The notes: generated by a model from the sequence alone, not told the origin. A DNA stretch of 64,000 nucleotides from the human T2T-CHM13v2.0 reference genome, Homo sapiens (GCF_009914755.1 NC_060940.1); one strand, 5' to 3'; shown: positions 1-30,579, numbered from the stretch's first letter. Numbers and translations: made by a program.

Positions 1-56
1 TGGGCAGGAAGGAGCCTTAAAATTCCCAGGCAAGTGGGTAACTCTGTGCACAGACC

Positions 57-65
57 AAGGTAAGA
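57..65 (+). promoter_or_regulatory. Probable ERV major splice donor in the leader
   Basis: AAG|GTAAGA consensus donor upstream of the gag ATG, the usual position of a retroviral donor. Confidence 0.5.
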
Positions 66-378
66 AAAGTTGCTACTGGGGCGACAAAGTATTTCCTTGG
101 TGGTTGGGGTCACTTGGAGGTTGAAAGTGCATGGCTGAGACATGTCAGTGGACACGAATCGAGTGTGGAGTCCAGACTTGGTTCCATGGTCACCTCATAA
201 GGCTTAGGGCGGTTTTCCAGTCGGGGATTATACCGACCCGCTAATGCTAAGAGGGGCCTGAAATTCCCACGAGGGAAGCGGCCAAAAAGTACGAAGCGAT
301 TATTCATATGAGTGCAAGAAACCTCCAATGGGAAAAGGGAGAGGTTAAGCCCCTAGGAAATGGGCACCAACCTCCAGA

Positions 379-1680
379 ATGGGAAATACCCCAAGTAAGA
401 CAGGGAGTACAAAAGGCCAAGCAGACAATAAAATTCCCCCTGACAGTCCTCTGGGCCTTATGTTAGAGTACTGGAGGTATAATGAAAGAACCATGTAACA
501 CAAGGAAAGACAGTGAATGATAAAATATTGCTGTTTTATTTGGACCAAAGAACCTATCCTCAGACCCTCAGTCTTTTGGCCAAAGTTTGGATCAGACGAG
601 GATTGGATATGCCAACTCTTAATCCAGTATGTTAATAAAAAAAGTCCAGTCTCTCAAGAGGAAATAGATTATGCTCTGTGTTGGAGACAGGAACATGTCC
701 TTCCCTTTCCCTTAAAGGATGACGTAAAAGAGAAACCAAACTCAGTACCCTCCTAGGACAACCCAGTTAAGTCAGATTCTACATCTAAAGATGCCAATGT
801 ATAGGATCCCCTAGACCATCTTCCCCCGCCTACCCCACCTCAGGCTAATCACTCAGTCCCTCCCCCACATAACCCTGCCCTGTGGGCCTTGTGGCCCCAC
901 ATCCCCATTGAGCAGCCACCCGAACATGTCCTTTCCTCAGGAAAACTCCAGCACGAGATGGAACAATGCCGGAGGGATATTCAGAACTTTCCTTTTCCCT
1001 CTTCCTCAAAGGGGTCTGCCCCAACCCCTTTTCCCTTAAGTACCACTGGGAGGAGGGGGTATTGGTTTCGTAAATGCCCCCTTAACTAGTTCAGAGGTTA
1101 GAAATCTGAAAAAGGAACTCAAACCATTATCAGATGATCCTTTTGGAGTCACAGATCAAATTGAACAATTTTTAGGGCCGCAATTGTATACTTGGGCTGA
1201 ATTAATGTCCATCTTAGGTATTCTCTTCTCAGGGGAGGAAAGAACCATGATCCGCAGGGCTGCTATGATAGTCTGGGAATGTGAACACCCTCTTGGTCAA
1301 AACATCCCTGCAGCAGAGCAGAAATTCCCAGCCCAGGACCCTCAGTGGAATAGGAACAATGCAGCCCACTGAGAAAACATGAAAGACCTCAGGGATATGA
1401 TAATTAAAGGGATTCAGGAATTGGTGCCTCAAACCCAAAATATTTCTCGAGCATTTAATGTACACCAAGAAAAAGATGAAGGGCCCATGGAATTTTTAAA
1501 GACACTTAAGGAGCAAATAAGAAAATATTCAGGCTTAGACATAGAGGACCCACTTGGACAAGGGATGTTAAAGCTCTATTTTATCACCAACAGTCGGCCG
1601 GACATTAGAAAGAAATTACAAAAGATAGAAAATTGGCAAGACTGCTCCATAGAGGAACTTTTAATTAAGAGAGGCTCAAA
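379..1680 (+). pseudogene. gag: ERV gag remnant (matrix-capsid), interrupted by stops and frameshifts, truncated at an Alu
   Basis: ATG GGA (myristoylation Gly) at 379. Fragments 517-756, 889-1089, 1184-1372 and 1379-1680, including the MHR-like QEKDEGPMEFLKTLKEQIRKYS. Confidence 0.85.
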
Positions 1681-1993
<313 letters not shown>

Positions 1994-2357
1994 TTAACTC
2001 TGATTTGGGTTCCACCGTCAGATTTATTTATTGATTTATTGATTTATTTATTAAAAAAAAATTCCCAGGGAAGTGGTCAGGAGAAAACGATACCCTATTC
2101 CCTTAGAAGCTAGAATGGCTCTAAAACCTATAATTGAGGGCCTCGTCCATGACGGACCCCTTGAACCCTGTATGTCCCCTTATAACACTCCAATATTGCC
2201 TGTAAGAAAGTCAGATGGGTCATACCGGCTAGTAGAAGACCTCTGGGCTGTTAATCAAACAGCTCAAACTACCCACCCTGTTGTTCCCAACCCTTACACT
2301 ATTATCAGCAAAATCCCATATGATCACCAGTGGTTCACAATGATAGATTTGAAAGAT

Positions 2358-2483
2358 GCCAGCTGGGCACGGTGGCTCACACCTGTAATCCTAGCACTTT
2401 GGGAGGCTGAGGCGGGCAGACTGCCCGAACTCAGGAGTTTGCAACCAGCCTGGGCAACACGGTGAAACCCCGTCTCTACTAAA

Positions 2484-2527
<44 letters not shown>

Positions 2528-2705
2528 CAGGCATGGCAGCATGTGCCTATAATCCCAGCTACTCAGGAGGCTGAGGCAGGAGAGTTGCTTGAACCCAGGA
2601 GGCTGAGGTTGCAGTTAGCCGAGATCGTGCCACTGCACTCCAGCCTGGCAACAGAGCCAGGCTCTGTCTCAAAAAATAAATAAATAAAATAAAAAATAAA
2701 AAAAG
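2358..2705 (+). mobile_element. Alu inside ERV RT with a (CA)n expansion in the linker
   Basis: TSD GAAAGATG(C/G)C on both sides. (CA) run at about 2486-2525. Confidence 0.92.
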
Positions 2706-3639
2706 AAAGATGGCTTTTGGGCTTGCCCTTTAGCGGAAGACAGCCGGGACATGTTTGCTTTTGAGTGGGAGGACCCTCACTTAGGTCGAAAACAGCAGTA
2801 CCAGTGGACAGTCCTACCCCAGGGGTTTACAGACTCCCCAAATCTATTCGGTCAAATTTTAGAACAAGTCCTAGAAAACTTTTCCCTTCCTTCATCCATA
2901 TGCCTACTCGAATAGGCAGATGACCTGTTCATTTCAGGAAATAGCAAGGACCACATAACCACAGTTTCAATTAACTTCCTGAATTTCCTAAGGGAACAAG
3001 GGTTACGGGTCTCAAGGAGTAAAATTCAGTTTGTAGAACCTGAGGTAAAATATCTAGGACACCTAATCAGTAAAGGCAAACGGAAAATAGTACCTGAACG
3101 AATTGAAGGTGTCACATCTCTACCTTTGCCTGAAACAAAGCAGGAACTTAGAAAATTCTTGGGATTAGTTGGATACTGTCGTCTATGGATTGACTCTTAT
3201 GCCTGAAAAACAAAATCTCTACATCAAAAACTCACCCAAGAAGGACCAGACCCCCTTCTTTGGACCCTATCAGAAGTCCAACAAGTAGAAGAGTTAAAAC
3301 ACCTACTTGTAACTGCCCCCGTTATAGCTTTGCCCTCCTTAGCCATTCCACCTTTTCATCAGTGTAAACAAGGGGTTGGCTTTAGGGGTACTCACCCAAA
3401 GACACAGAGGCCACTGGCAGCCCATAGCCTTCCTGTCAAAAGTTCTTGACCCAGTAACCCACCGATGGCCCGAATGTGCCCAGTCTGTAGCAGCAACTGC
3501 TTTGCTAATGGAACGAAGCAGGAAAATAACCTTTGGGGGAAGCCTCATTGTATGTACCCTTCATCACGTTAGAACCATTCTTAATCAGAAGGCAGGAAGA
3601 TAGCTCACTGACTCAAGGATTTTAAAATGTGAGGCTATC

Positions 3640-3940
<301 letters not shown>

Positions 3941-4889
3941 TGAGGCTATCTTATTAGAGAGGGATGATTTAACATTGACCACTGGTAGTTCGCTCAACTC
4001 CGATGTTTTCCTAACAGGAAATCCGAACCGGGAGGAACCTGAGCATAAATGTTTAGATCTGATCAGTTATCAGACTAGAGTCAGACTGCATCTAAGCAAG
4101 ACCCTGTTCCAAACTGGGCATTACCTCTTTATAGACGGCTCCTCTCGGGTAATTGAAGGAAGGAGGCATAACGGGTGCTCTGTAGTTGACAGGGAAACCC
4201 TCATGGAGGTAGAGTCAGGGAGACGGCCCAATAACTGGTTCACTCAAACATGTGAACTCTTTGCATTAAATCAGGCCTTAAAATCTCTGCAAAATCAGGA
4301 AGGAACTATTTACACTGACTCCAAGTATTTTGGAGTAGTCCATACCTTTGGAAAGATCTGGACTGAACGAGGCCTCATTAATAGTAAGGGCCAGGACCTT
4401 GTCTATAAAGAATTGATTATGCAAGTACTAGAAAATCTTCAACTGCCAGAAGAAATAGTGGTGGTCCACGTCCCAGGACACCAGAAAAACCCATCTTTTG
4501 AAAACCGGGGAAATAACCTCACAGATCAAGTAGCCAAGCAAGTTGCCTCTTCCTGAGAGGCACCCATTTTCCATCTGACCCCTTGCCTTCCCCTCCAGTC
4601 GCAATCCCCATCTTCTCCGACGCGGACCAAGAAAAGTTAAAAAGAATAGGAGCTAAGGAAAGCTCAGAGGGAAGGTGGGTATTACCAGACGGGAGGGAAA
4701 TGCTGTCTAAACCTCTTATGAGGGAAATATTATCACAGCTTTATCAAGAAACTCACTGGGGTCCCCAAGCTATGTGTGACACAGTCCTCAAAGCCTATGG
4801 GTATATAGGAATCTCTACCCTCGCTAGTCAGGTGGCGGATAGTTGCCTAGTGTGCAAAAAAACTAATAAAACCCGAAGGAAGCAGCCTT

Positions 4890-6470
4890 TACTTTATCAA
4901 GGGAACCACCCCTATAATTGCCAATCCAACCAGTGCAACCCAGTACTTACCTCTATTACTACCCCTACCTCCACCGACCCTAACTCCACTCTAGGTTGCT
5001 TCTATGGCTTAGGAGCCGATGTTACTGGAAGGGACCCTATAGGCTTCTTTGAAATATGTTTTGTTCACCCTTCTCCACCTCCTACCGTCTCCCCCTCCCC
5101 AAGCCCACCAAATCAAACCATTCCTCACCTCTTACCCAATGACAAAACCAAAGTAGCTATAGTAGAAGTCAAGGACTTAAAGCAAACCCTAGCCATTGAG
5201 ACCGGGTATCAAGATGCAAATGCCTGGCTGGAATGGATTAAATATTCTTTTCGCACCCTGAATAAAAGCGATTGTTACTCTTGTGCAGCGGGCAGGCCGG
5301 AAACCCAGATTGTCCCCTTTCCACTCAGATGGGCCAACCAACCAGGCATGGACTGTATGGTAGCTCTCTTCCAGCACACCACAGCCTGGGGAAACAAGAC
5401 GTGCGCCACTCTTTCACTACGTTTCCCAAAGATCAGGAGCCCTATGGGTCAGCTCCCAAGGACCATTTGACTTCCACCTCTCAATGCCAGTTACACCTTG
5501 TGTCTCCCACAACAGGACAAATTGACGTTCCTTGGAAATCTAATGGGAGTCTAAACCTTTTCAAGAGCTAACCAATCAGTCAGCCCTTGTCTATCCCCGA
5601 GCAGATGTATGGTGGTATTGTGGACTGTTACTGGGTACGCTGCCAAGCAATTGGAGCAGCACTTTTGCTCTAATCCAGTTGGCCATCCCTTTCACCTTGG
5701 CATTTCATCAACCAGACAGGAAGCAAGTAACCCAAAGAAAAAGAGAAGCCCCTCGTGGGCCTTTGACCCCCATGTTTACATAGACAGTAGCAGGGTCCCA
5801 CGGGAGCTACCAAGTGAATTTAAAGCTTGGAATCAAATAGCCGCTGGGTTTAAGTCTGTTTTGTTCTGGTGGTCTGCTATAAATAAAAATGTAGACTGGA
5901 TAAATTATATATACTACAGCGAGCAGCGATTCGTCAGTTATACCAGGGATGCCATCAAAGGAATAGCTGAACAATTAGGCCCCACCAGCCAGATGACCTG
6001 GGAAAATAGACTAGCCCTTGACATGATATTGGCAGGAAAAGGCAGAGTCTGTGTCATGATCTGAGTCCAATGTTGTACTTTTATCCCTAATAATACAGCC
6101 GCCGACGGGACCATCACAAAAGCTTTACAAGGCCTTACCACCCTGGCAAATGAATTAGCCGAAAATTCTGGACTAGATAACCCTTTTATGGGTCTCATGG
6201 AAAAGTGGTTTGGAAAATGGAAAGGACTCCTGGCTTCAATCTTTACCTCTCTTGCAATTGTAACAAGTGTACTTATCCTTGTGGGCTGCCGCATCATACC
6301 TTGTATTCGTGGGTTAACTCAAAGGCTCATAGAAACAGCCCTCACTAAAGCCTTCCTCTCTTCTCTCCCTCCATACTTGGACAAGCTCTTGCTCCTGGAT
6401 AATCAAGAAGAACAACGAAGCCAAATCCTGTTAAAATTTTTTGCAGAGGAAGAAGTATCAAATAGAAGAG
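4890..6470 (+). pseudogene. env: ERV env remnant (5'-deleted SU plus TM)
   Basis: SU CxxC (CYSC), furin-like KKKRS, ISD ENRLALDMILA, CX6CC with internal stop (CVMI*VQCC), membrane anchor LLASIFTSLAIVTSVLILVGC. Confidence 0.88.
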
Positions 6471-6477
6471 AGGAAAT

Positions 6478-6809
6478 TGTTGGGACAGCTAAGCTCTTCA
6501 AAGACTCAACTTCCTGGTCATAAACTTCTCCCCGTTTTTCTTCTTTTTCGCCAGTCTACCCTGTTTGGGAAAGTTTAAACCTTAGCCAGTCGGGATCAGC
6601 TCAGATTGTGCAGTCCATCCCCAGTCAATGGGGAAAGGACACAGAAACAGGAACTGCGTTAGGGTTAAAAAGCCCTTCTCTCCTTTGTTTGGGGTGCTCT
6701 TGCGATTACAAGCTGCGCAAGTAGCACCGTTCTGAAGTAAAGATGCCTTGCTGGGAAATCTGTCTCAGTGCTGGTTTTTCTTGACTACACTGAGCACTTG
6801 TTTCCAACA
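6478..6809 (+). mobile_element. ERV 3' LTR (LTR10-like, short)
   Basis: Follows the purine tract AAATAGAAGAGAGGAAAT. Termini TGTTGG...CCAACA. TATA-like TTAAAAA near 6665 and AGTAAA poly(A) signal at 6736-6741. Confidence 0.8.
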
Positions 6810-7468
6810 CCCCTGTGCTCCAGGCTGGGTTAGGTCTGATCTCAGGGAATGTCTGTTTCAACACGTGTCTGCAGTTCTTTGGCTTGTGTTGCTCACTGCA
6901 GTGGGCCCAGCCTGGTCTAGAGGAGGCGCTCAGGAAGTATCTGTGAAATGTGAATGTGTAGTTCCTTCAGTGAATATGGCCCTGGGGCTGAAGATGGCAG
7001 AAGCATTCTGGGAGCTTCTGGAGAAGGAGACCTGGGAGGAGAAGGTTGGAATGGCGGGGGCAGCAGAGGGGCTGGGTGAACTCAGCTGTCCCACCCAGGC
7101 CCATCCTCTGCAGCCCGAGAAGGAAGCTCACAGGGCAAGACATGGAAGAGATCAAGTTCCCTGCCCGGTGCCTGGGCTGTTGATGGCCTCAGGAAAATGG
7201 AACCATTACCTGTTGCTGTCAAGTGGCTGGGGGCCAGGATGCCTGGGTTGGCCGTGAGAGGACATTGCTGAGGAGAGTGGAGGCCAGGCTGGGGTGGGGT
7301 GTGGCAGGAGGACAGGAATGCAGTGGAACCAGTGGGTCAGGCTCCTGAGGGCCCCAGGCTCCAGCCTCAGGGCTGGCCTGTTCCCTCCTAAGCTGCCATC
7401 TTCATATCTTCAGGACCCACCCCTCTACTCCTCACCCTCAGCACAACGATGTGATCGAAAGGCAAATA

Positions 7469-7474
7469 TTTATT
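7469..7474 (-). terminator. GDPD3: GDPD3 polyadenylation signal AATAAA
   Basis: Canonical hexamer about 40 nt after the stop codon. Confidence 0.85.
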
Positions 7475-7513
7475 TTTCAGGAAGAGAAACAGGAGACCTC
7501 GAGGCTTCTGGAC

Positions 7514-16125
<8,612 letters not shown>

Positions 16126-16749
16126 GACCGTACTCCCACAGAAGCTCCTGCAGCCACACGCTCAGCCGTCCGCGGGACTGTGCTGCCTGCCTAGCCAGTG
16201 TGGGCCGGCTCTACTACTGGCCACTGCCACGCCCCTGGGACCTGCTGAGCCTGCCGCTGGGCTGGCTTGGAGCCAGGCTGCAGGGTTCGGCTGAAGCTGG
16301 GGTAGTGTCAGGAGGTGAGGCAAGTAGCCCTGGCTCTCATATCCCCAGGCCCTTCCCAGCCCCCAGCAGCCCCGTCCTGGGCTACATGAGGGGAGTAAAA
16401 ACCACCCAGGACTGTCAGGACCTCTCCCTCTCACTGGTACTTGTAGCCAGCGCATCCAACATGCCTACCCCTTGCCATTTCAGAGGATCCAGGGGTGTGT
16501 AGGGTGCTCCTGAGTCACCCCGAATCACCCCCAGCCAGTTAGACAGGAAGCCATTAGCGAGAGGACAGGACAGTGACTAAGGGGAAAACTGACCCCCTTC
16601 TTTCTAGGAGTCTGGAGCTCTCCAGAGCCCCGTCCCCAGCCCTGGGCAGCTGGGAGTGAAGGGCACCAGGCCCCTGAAAGCCCAAGTCAAGTCTGTCCTC
16701 AGAGCCGCACGGGGCAGGGCGGGGGCGTCGCGAACACAGACAGAGCCAG

Positions 16750-17355
16750 GGTCAGCCATAGACACATCTCTATATTTATATATTAGACGGGTCAGGGAGG
16801 TGGCAGGGGCGCCGGGCTCTCCACGCCCCCCAGCTCCACTTCTGCTCACCACACACAGAAGCAGCGAGGGCACGCGAAGTGACAGCTTTGACAGGGAGGG
16901 GATTCGGCCCGGCCTGGCTCCTCAGGGATGCTAGCCCTTGAGACTAAGGAATGTTCCTTCAGGGAAACTAGGGTGGGGTTTGAATGAGATGAGGGGGGCA
17001 GGCATGGCCCTGAGTCCCTACTCAGCGCCCCCCACCCTCCACCTCTGCCCTTCAGCAGGTTGGGGCAGCCAGAACCCTTCCATTCCAGAACTGCCAGAGA
17101 CTGGGACGCTGGGGAAGGTAAGGGCGCAGCAGCAGCAGCGGGAGATTGAACTGGGGCCACCTGAGGTCCCGAGGCCCCGTGGGGAGGGCGGGTGGGGAGG
17201 AGAAGGCCTTGGCCTGCCTGAAGCTGGAGGCCTCAGCAAAGGAGAGAGGTGGCCAGGCCCATGCTCCACCCCGGCCTGGGCTGCCAAGGTCCGGGCTGGG
17301 CACAGTGTCCATTTTCTAACAGTCTGGCGGGAGAGGGGCAGGCAGGAGGCAGGTC
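16750..17355 (-). other. MAPK3: MAPK3 exon 9 (3' UTR only)
   Basis: Acceptor TTCTCTCTTTAG|GACCT at 17355. 3' end placed approximately from the variant poly(A) signal. Confidence 0.85.
16775..16780 (-). terminator. MAPK3: MAPK3 non-canonical poly(A) signal (TATAAA within AATATATAAATATA)
   Basis: Only AT-rich patch in a GC-rich UTR end, followed by a GT-rich tract (CTGTCTGTGTT). No AATAAA seen nearby. Confidence 0.65.
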
Positions 17356-18342
17356 CTAAAGAGAGAAGCAGGCAGAAGAGGAGTCGTTAGCACCCCCCGG
17401 GCAGACCCACTGGAGCCCTGACCTCAACATCTCTCATTTCACCCTCACAGCTGGATAGGCTGGGTCTCAGTTTCCTTATCTGTAAATGGAGATAATAATA
17501 GTACCTAGCTTGAGGTACTGCTGTAAGATTAAAGGAATTAATACATGTAAACCTCTTAGAACAATGCTTAGGGCTTTATGCTTTCATTATTAGAACTGTC
17601 TCGGCCGGGCACAGTGGCTCACGCCTATAATCCCAGCACTTTGAGAAGCTGAGGTGGTGGATCGCTTGAGCCCAGGAGTTTGAGACTGGCCTGGGCAACA
17701 TAGCAAGACCCCAGCTCCACAAAAAAAAAAAAAAAAAATTAGCCGGTTGCAATGGCTCGTCCAGCTAGCTGGGAGGATCCCTTGCACCCAGGAGTTTTGA
17801 GGCTGCAGTGAGCTATGATTGCACCACTGCATTCCAGCCTGGGTGACAGAGCGAGACACTGTCTCAAAAAAACAAAACCAAAAAAAAAGATAAATAGATT
17901 GACTCCGGAAACTGAGGCGCCGAGAGGTGAGGTGCCTTGCCCAATATCACACAGCACTTACTAAGTGGCACAGCTGGAGTTTGAGCCCAGGTGCGCATGC
18001 CTTCTTTCTATCAGGCCACACCTGGCTGAAGACAGGAAGAGACCGGAGGAGGCAAGGAGGCAGCGTGGGTGGGGGCAGGCCAGTGGGGTCCCCACAGCTA
18101 TGTGAACTGCTGATCTGGCAGCAGGTGTGAGGAGGCCTGGCAATCTGGGTCAGGCTGGGCGCTGCTGGGCCCCTCCCAAAGCAATCATGGCCCCACCTGC
18201 TTCTGCCACACCCAGAGCTGAAGCTTGGCTCAGGTCCTCACCTGGGTGACAGAGGCCCTCAGTGACCTCTTGCCTCTTTGCCAGTTCTGTTCCTAGAAGG
18301 AGATTAGAATGGCTTGTGGGGCTGGAGGATGCAAGGTGTTGA

Positions 18343-18639
<297 letters not shown>

Positions 18640-19314
18640 TGATCCACCCACCTCGGCCTCCCAAAGTGCTGGGATTACAGGCATGAGCCACTGTGCCCAG
18701 CCCTTTTTTTTTTTTTTTTGAGAGAGTCTCACTGTTGCCCAGGCTGGAGTACAGTGGTGCAACCTCCGCCTCCCAGGTTCAAGCAGTCCTCCCACCACAG
18801 CCTCCTGAGTAGCTGGGACTAGAAGCGCATGCCTACGTGCCCGGCTAATTTTTGTATTTTTAGTAGAGACAGGGTTTCACCACGTTGGCCAGGCAGGCTG
18901 GTCTCGGACTCCTGACCTCAGGTGATCCACTTGCCTCAGCCTCCCAAAGTGCTGGGATTACCAGAGTGACCCACTGTGCCCGGCTAATTTTTGTATTTTT
19001 AGTATAGATGGGATTTCACCATGCAGGCCAGGCTGGTCTCAAACTCCTGACCCTCAGGTGATCCACTCCTCTCAGTCTCAGTCTCCCAAAGTGCTGGGAT
19101 TCCAGGCATGAGCCACCACACCCAGCCCCCTGGGCACTTCTGTTGTCACCAGACACATTGACCATGGGTGTGGGGTAAGCTTGCTGCTGTATGGAGGCAT
19201 GTACAGATAGATATAGATATAGATATACAGATATAGATATTTAGTATCAGGGTGTCCATGTGTGGGCCATGGAGACACTCACCAGGCCCCAGGGTGCAGA
19301 GATGTCTGTCTGGG

Positions 19315-25856
<6,542 letters not shown>

Positions 25857-26592
25857 CTCCACTCCTCCCCTCCCACCGCCCTCCTCCCCACGGCGGCCCC
25901 GCCCGAGGCCCCGCCCCTTCCCGCCTGCCTGTCACCCGCAGGGCCGCGCGCGCCAGGCCCCGCCCTTGCCCCGGCCCCGCGTGGGCCTGGAGCTGTCACG
26001 TGACCCGCCCCGCGCGCGCCCGCCCTTCTTGCCCCAGGTTCGGGGGCCATGGGTCCCTGCGGGCTCCGCGGCCTCCAGGTCACCGGGAGGTTCGGCAGCG
26101 CCGCCTCGGAGACTGTCCTCACCCTCCCCTCGATGGCGAAGCGGCCAGGGCGTGACCTACCAGAGCCACCCAGCCAATGTATGCGGCAGCCCACCAGAAC
26201 CTGGGCCCGGGATCACCCTAGGTTAAAAATAATGTTCTAATAAATGGATCAAATTTTACAGATGGAGAATCTGAGAGTTAGGTTTACTAACTTGGGTAAG
26301 GTCACTAGTAGTGACAGCTGAGACTCAAAATGGTGTCTTCTGACACAGAGACTCTTTCTAATTCCATGCCTCTCAGAGTCCTAGACTGTTTTTATTTTAT
26401 TATAGAGACAGGGTCTCTCTCTGTCGTCCAGGCTGGAGTGTAGTGGTGCAATAATTGCTCACTGCAGCCTCAACCTCCCTGGGGTCAAGTGATCCTCCCA
26501 CCTCAGCCTCCCAAAGAGCTGGGACTACGAGTGCGCGCCACCACGCCCTGCTAATTAAAAAAAAAAATTGGGGGGCTGGGCACGGTGGCTCA

Positions 26593-26925
<333 letters not shown>

Positions 26926-27874
26926 CTACCGACTTCACAGGATCCTCCCACCTCGGCCTCCCAAAGCTCTGGGATCACACCTGTCCATCTCAGACTGTTA
27001 CAACTGAAGAAAGGGCCCTCGGAGATCATCCAGCCCATCCCCCTCATTTCACAGCGAAGATGTGAGCTGGAAGCTTCACAAAAACACACAGCTCCCAGGC
27101 TTCAGTAAGTAATCATGTAGTGGGTTGTTTTTTTTTCTGTCCCTGAGAAGCTGGGAGTAGGTCCTTGGATGCATTACAGATCAAGAGACAAAATGGAACA
27201 GTAATTATGATTCTGAAATTGCTCATAATTAGATCCACAGCCAGGCAGTCTCACTCAGATTAATGAGACTGAGTTTCTGATTCCCAGTGGCCCATAGGTC
27301 AGTGAAGGTTCAAGAGGTGCTAATTAGATCAATGAGTTTTTTTAGTTATTCATTTGATAAAGCATTGCATGGCACTGTGTGCAAAGCTCTGAGCTAGGTA
27401 CTGTGGCTGATAAAGGATTACTATATAGTATGAATCTGTGTTTAAGAGAAAGAACCCCCCAGAGCCTGATTGCCTGGGATAGAATCCGATCTTTGTTCAA
27501 GTTGAATGATGAAGAATAAGAAAAAGAAGAAAAAAAGAATCCCATCCTTGCCACTTATTTACCCTGTGTTACCCTGGGCACATTACCTACTGGCTTCTTG
27601 GTGGAGGCCTCCGATCTACTGAAGAGATAAAATACACACTCCAAGCTATTGAAGAGATAAAATATATAAATCAATTTAGGCCCCAGTGCAGTGGCTCACT
27701 CCCAGTGCTTTGTTTGGGAGGCCGAGGCAGGAGGATCACTTGAGCCCAGGAATTTGAGGCTTCAGTGAGCTATGATTGCACCACTGCACTCCAGCCAGGG
27801 TGACAGAGTGAGACCCTGTCTGTATTTCTTTTTCTTCCTCTTTCTCTTTTAATAATATTGATACCCTGTCTCTA

Positions 27875-28165
<291 letters not shown>

Positions 28166-28189
28166 CTACAATAATTTTTTTTTTTTTAA

Positions 28190-28402
<213 letters not shown>

Positions 28403-28574
28403 TGATCTGCCCTCCTCGGCCTCCCAAAGTGTTGAGATTACAGGCGTGAGCCACCGCAATGGGCCAAAAAATTTTTTTAAAAAAGAAAAAGTAGGCTGGG
28501 CATGGTGGCTCACACCTGTAATCCTAGCACTTTGGGAGGCCAAGGCAGGTGGGTCACCTGAGGTCAGGAGTTCA

Positions 28575-28928
<354 letters not shown>

Positions 28929-29694
28929 TCAGCCTGGAGAGGTAGGTTGGGGCCAGATTAGGAAGGCTCTGGATTCTGGCAAGGAGTTTGGATGTTACTC
29001 AGTAAGCAGTAAAAACCCTAGAGGGACTTTTGCCAGATCATTTTGCAACTGCGGGAGAATATAGTGACTCAGAGAAAACACTATGGAGTTCAGCATGGAG
29101 CCAGGTTTGCTGAGTGGGAGTGAGTTTCCCAGCATAGGAAAGGCTGGTGTATCAGAGCTGCAAGCTGCCACCTCCTGCTGCTGGAAGCTCAGTTAGAGTG
29201 TGACTGAGATTCCCCTCTAGTGACTGAGGTTGGCATTTCCTTGGAGGACTGGACTGGGATTTGTTCTGGTTCATAGACGCATATTCAACTAATGTAGACT
29301 TACCATCTCTTCTGTGCCAGGCACTTTTGGTTTTTTTTTGTTTGTTTGTTTGTTTGTTTTTTTGAGACGGAGTCTTGCTCTATCACCCAGGCAGGAGTGC
29401 AAGCTCACTGCAACCCCTACCTCCTGGGTTCAAGTCATTCTCCCACCTCAGCCTCCCAAGTAGCTAGGATTACAGGCGCCAGCCACCACGCCCGGCTAAT
29501 TTTTGTATTTTTAGTAGAGACGAGGTTTCACCATGTTGGCCAGGCTGGTCTCAAACTCTTGACCTCAGGTGATCCACCCACATTGGCCTCCCAGAGTGCT
29601 GAGATTACGGCACCTGGCTTGCCAGGCACTTTTATGTACACTACCTCCTGTAATCCTCACAGCAGCCATATGAAGTAGATACTATTAACATTTA

Positions 29695-30196
<502 letters not shown>

Positions 30197-30438
30197 TAGT
30201 AGAGACGGGGTTTCACCGTGTTAGCCAGGATGGTCTCCATCTCCTGACCTCATGATCCACCTGCCTCGGCCTCCCAAAGTGCTAGGAGTACAGGCGTGAG
30301 CCACTGTGCCCGGCAGAATTATTTTTCTAGCACAGGGTCTTGCTCTGTTGCCCAGGCTGGAGTGGAGTGTAGTGGCAAGATCATAGGTCACTGCAGGCTC
30401 GAACTCTTAGGCTCAACAGATCCTGCCACCATGCCTAG

Positions 30439-30579
<141 letters not shown>

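Noticed and set aside
5609-6523. Syncytin-like co-opted Env
   Set aside because: Signal peptide region deleted, frameshifts between SU and TM, and a stop inside the CX6CC motif.
6748-7257. 169-aa ORF starting in the LTR
   Set aside because: Non-ATG start, crosses LTR and L2-like remnants, no recognisable similarity.
25857-25934. Possible non-AUG N-terminal extension of ERK1
   Set aside because: In-frame TGA at 25934-25932, and the only in-frame near-cognate start is a GTG two codons before the ATG.
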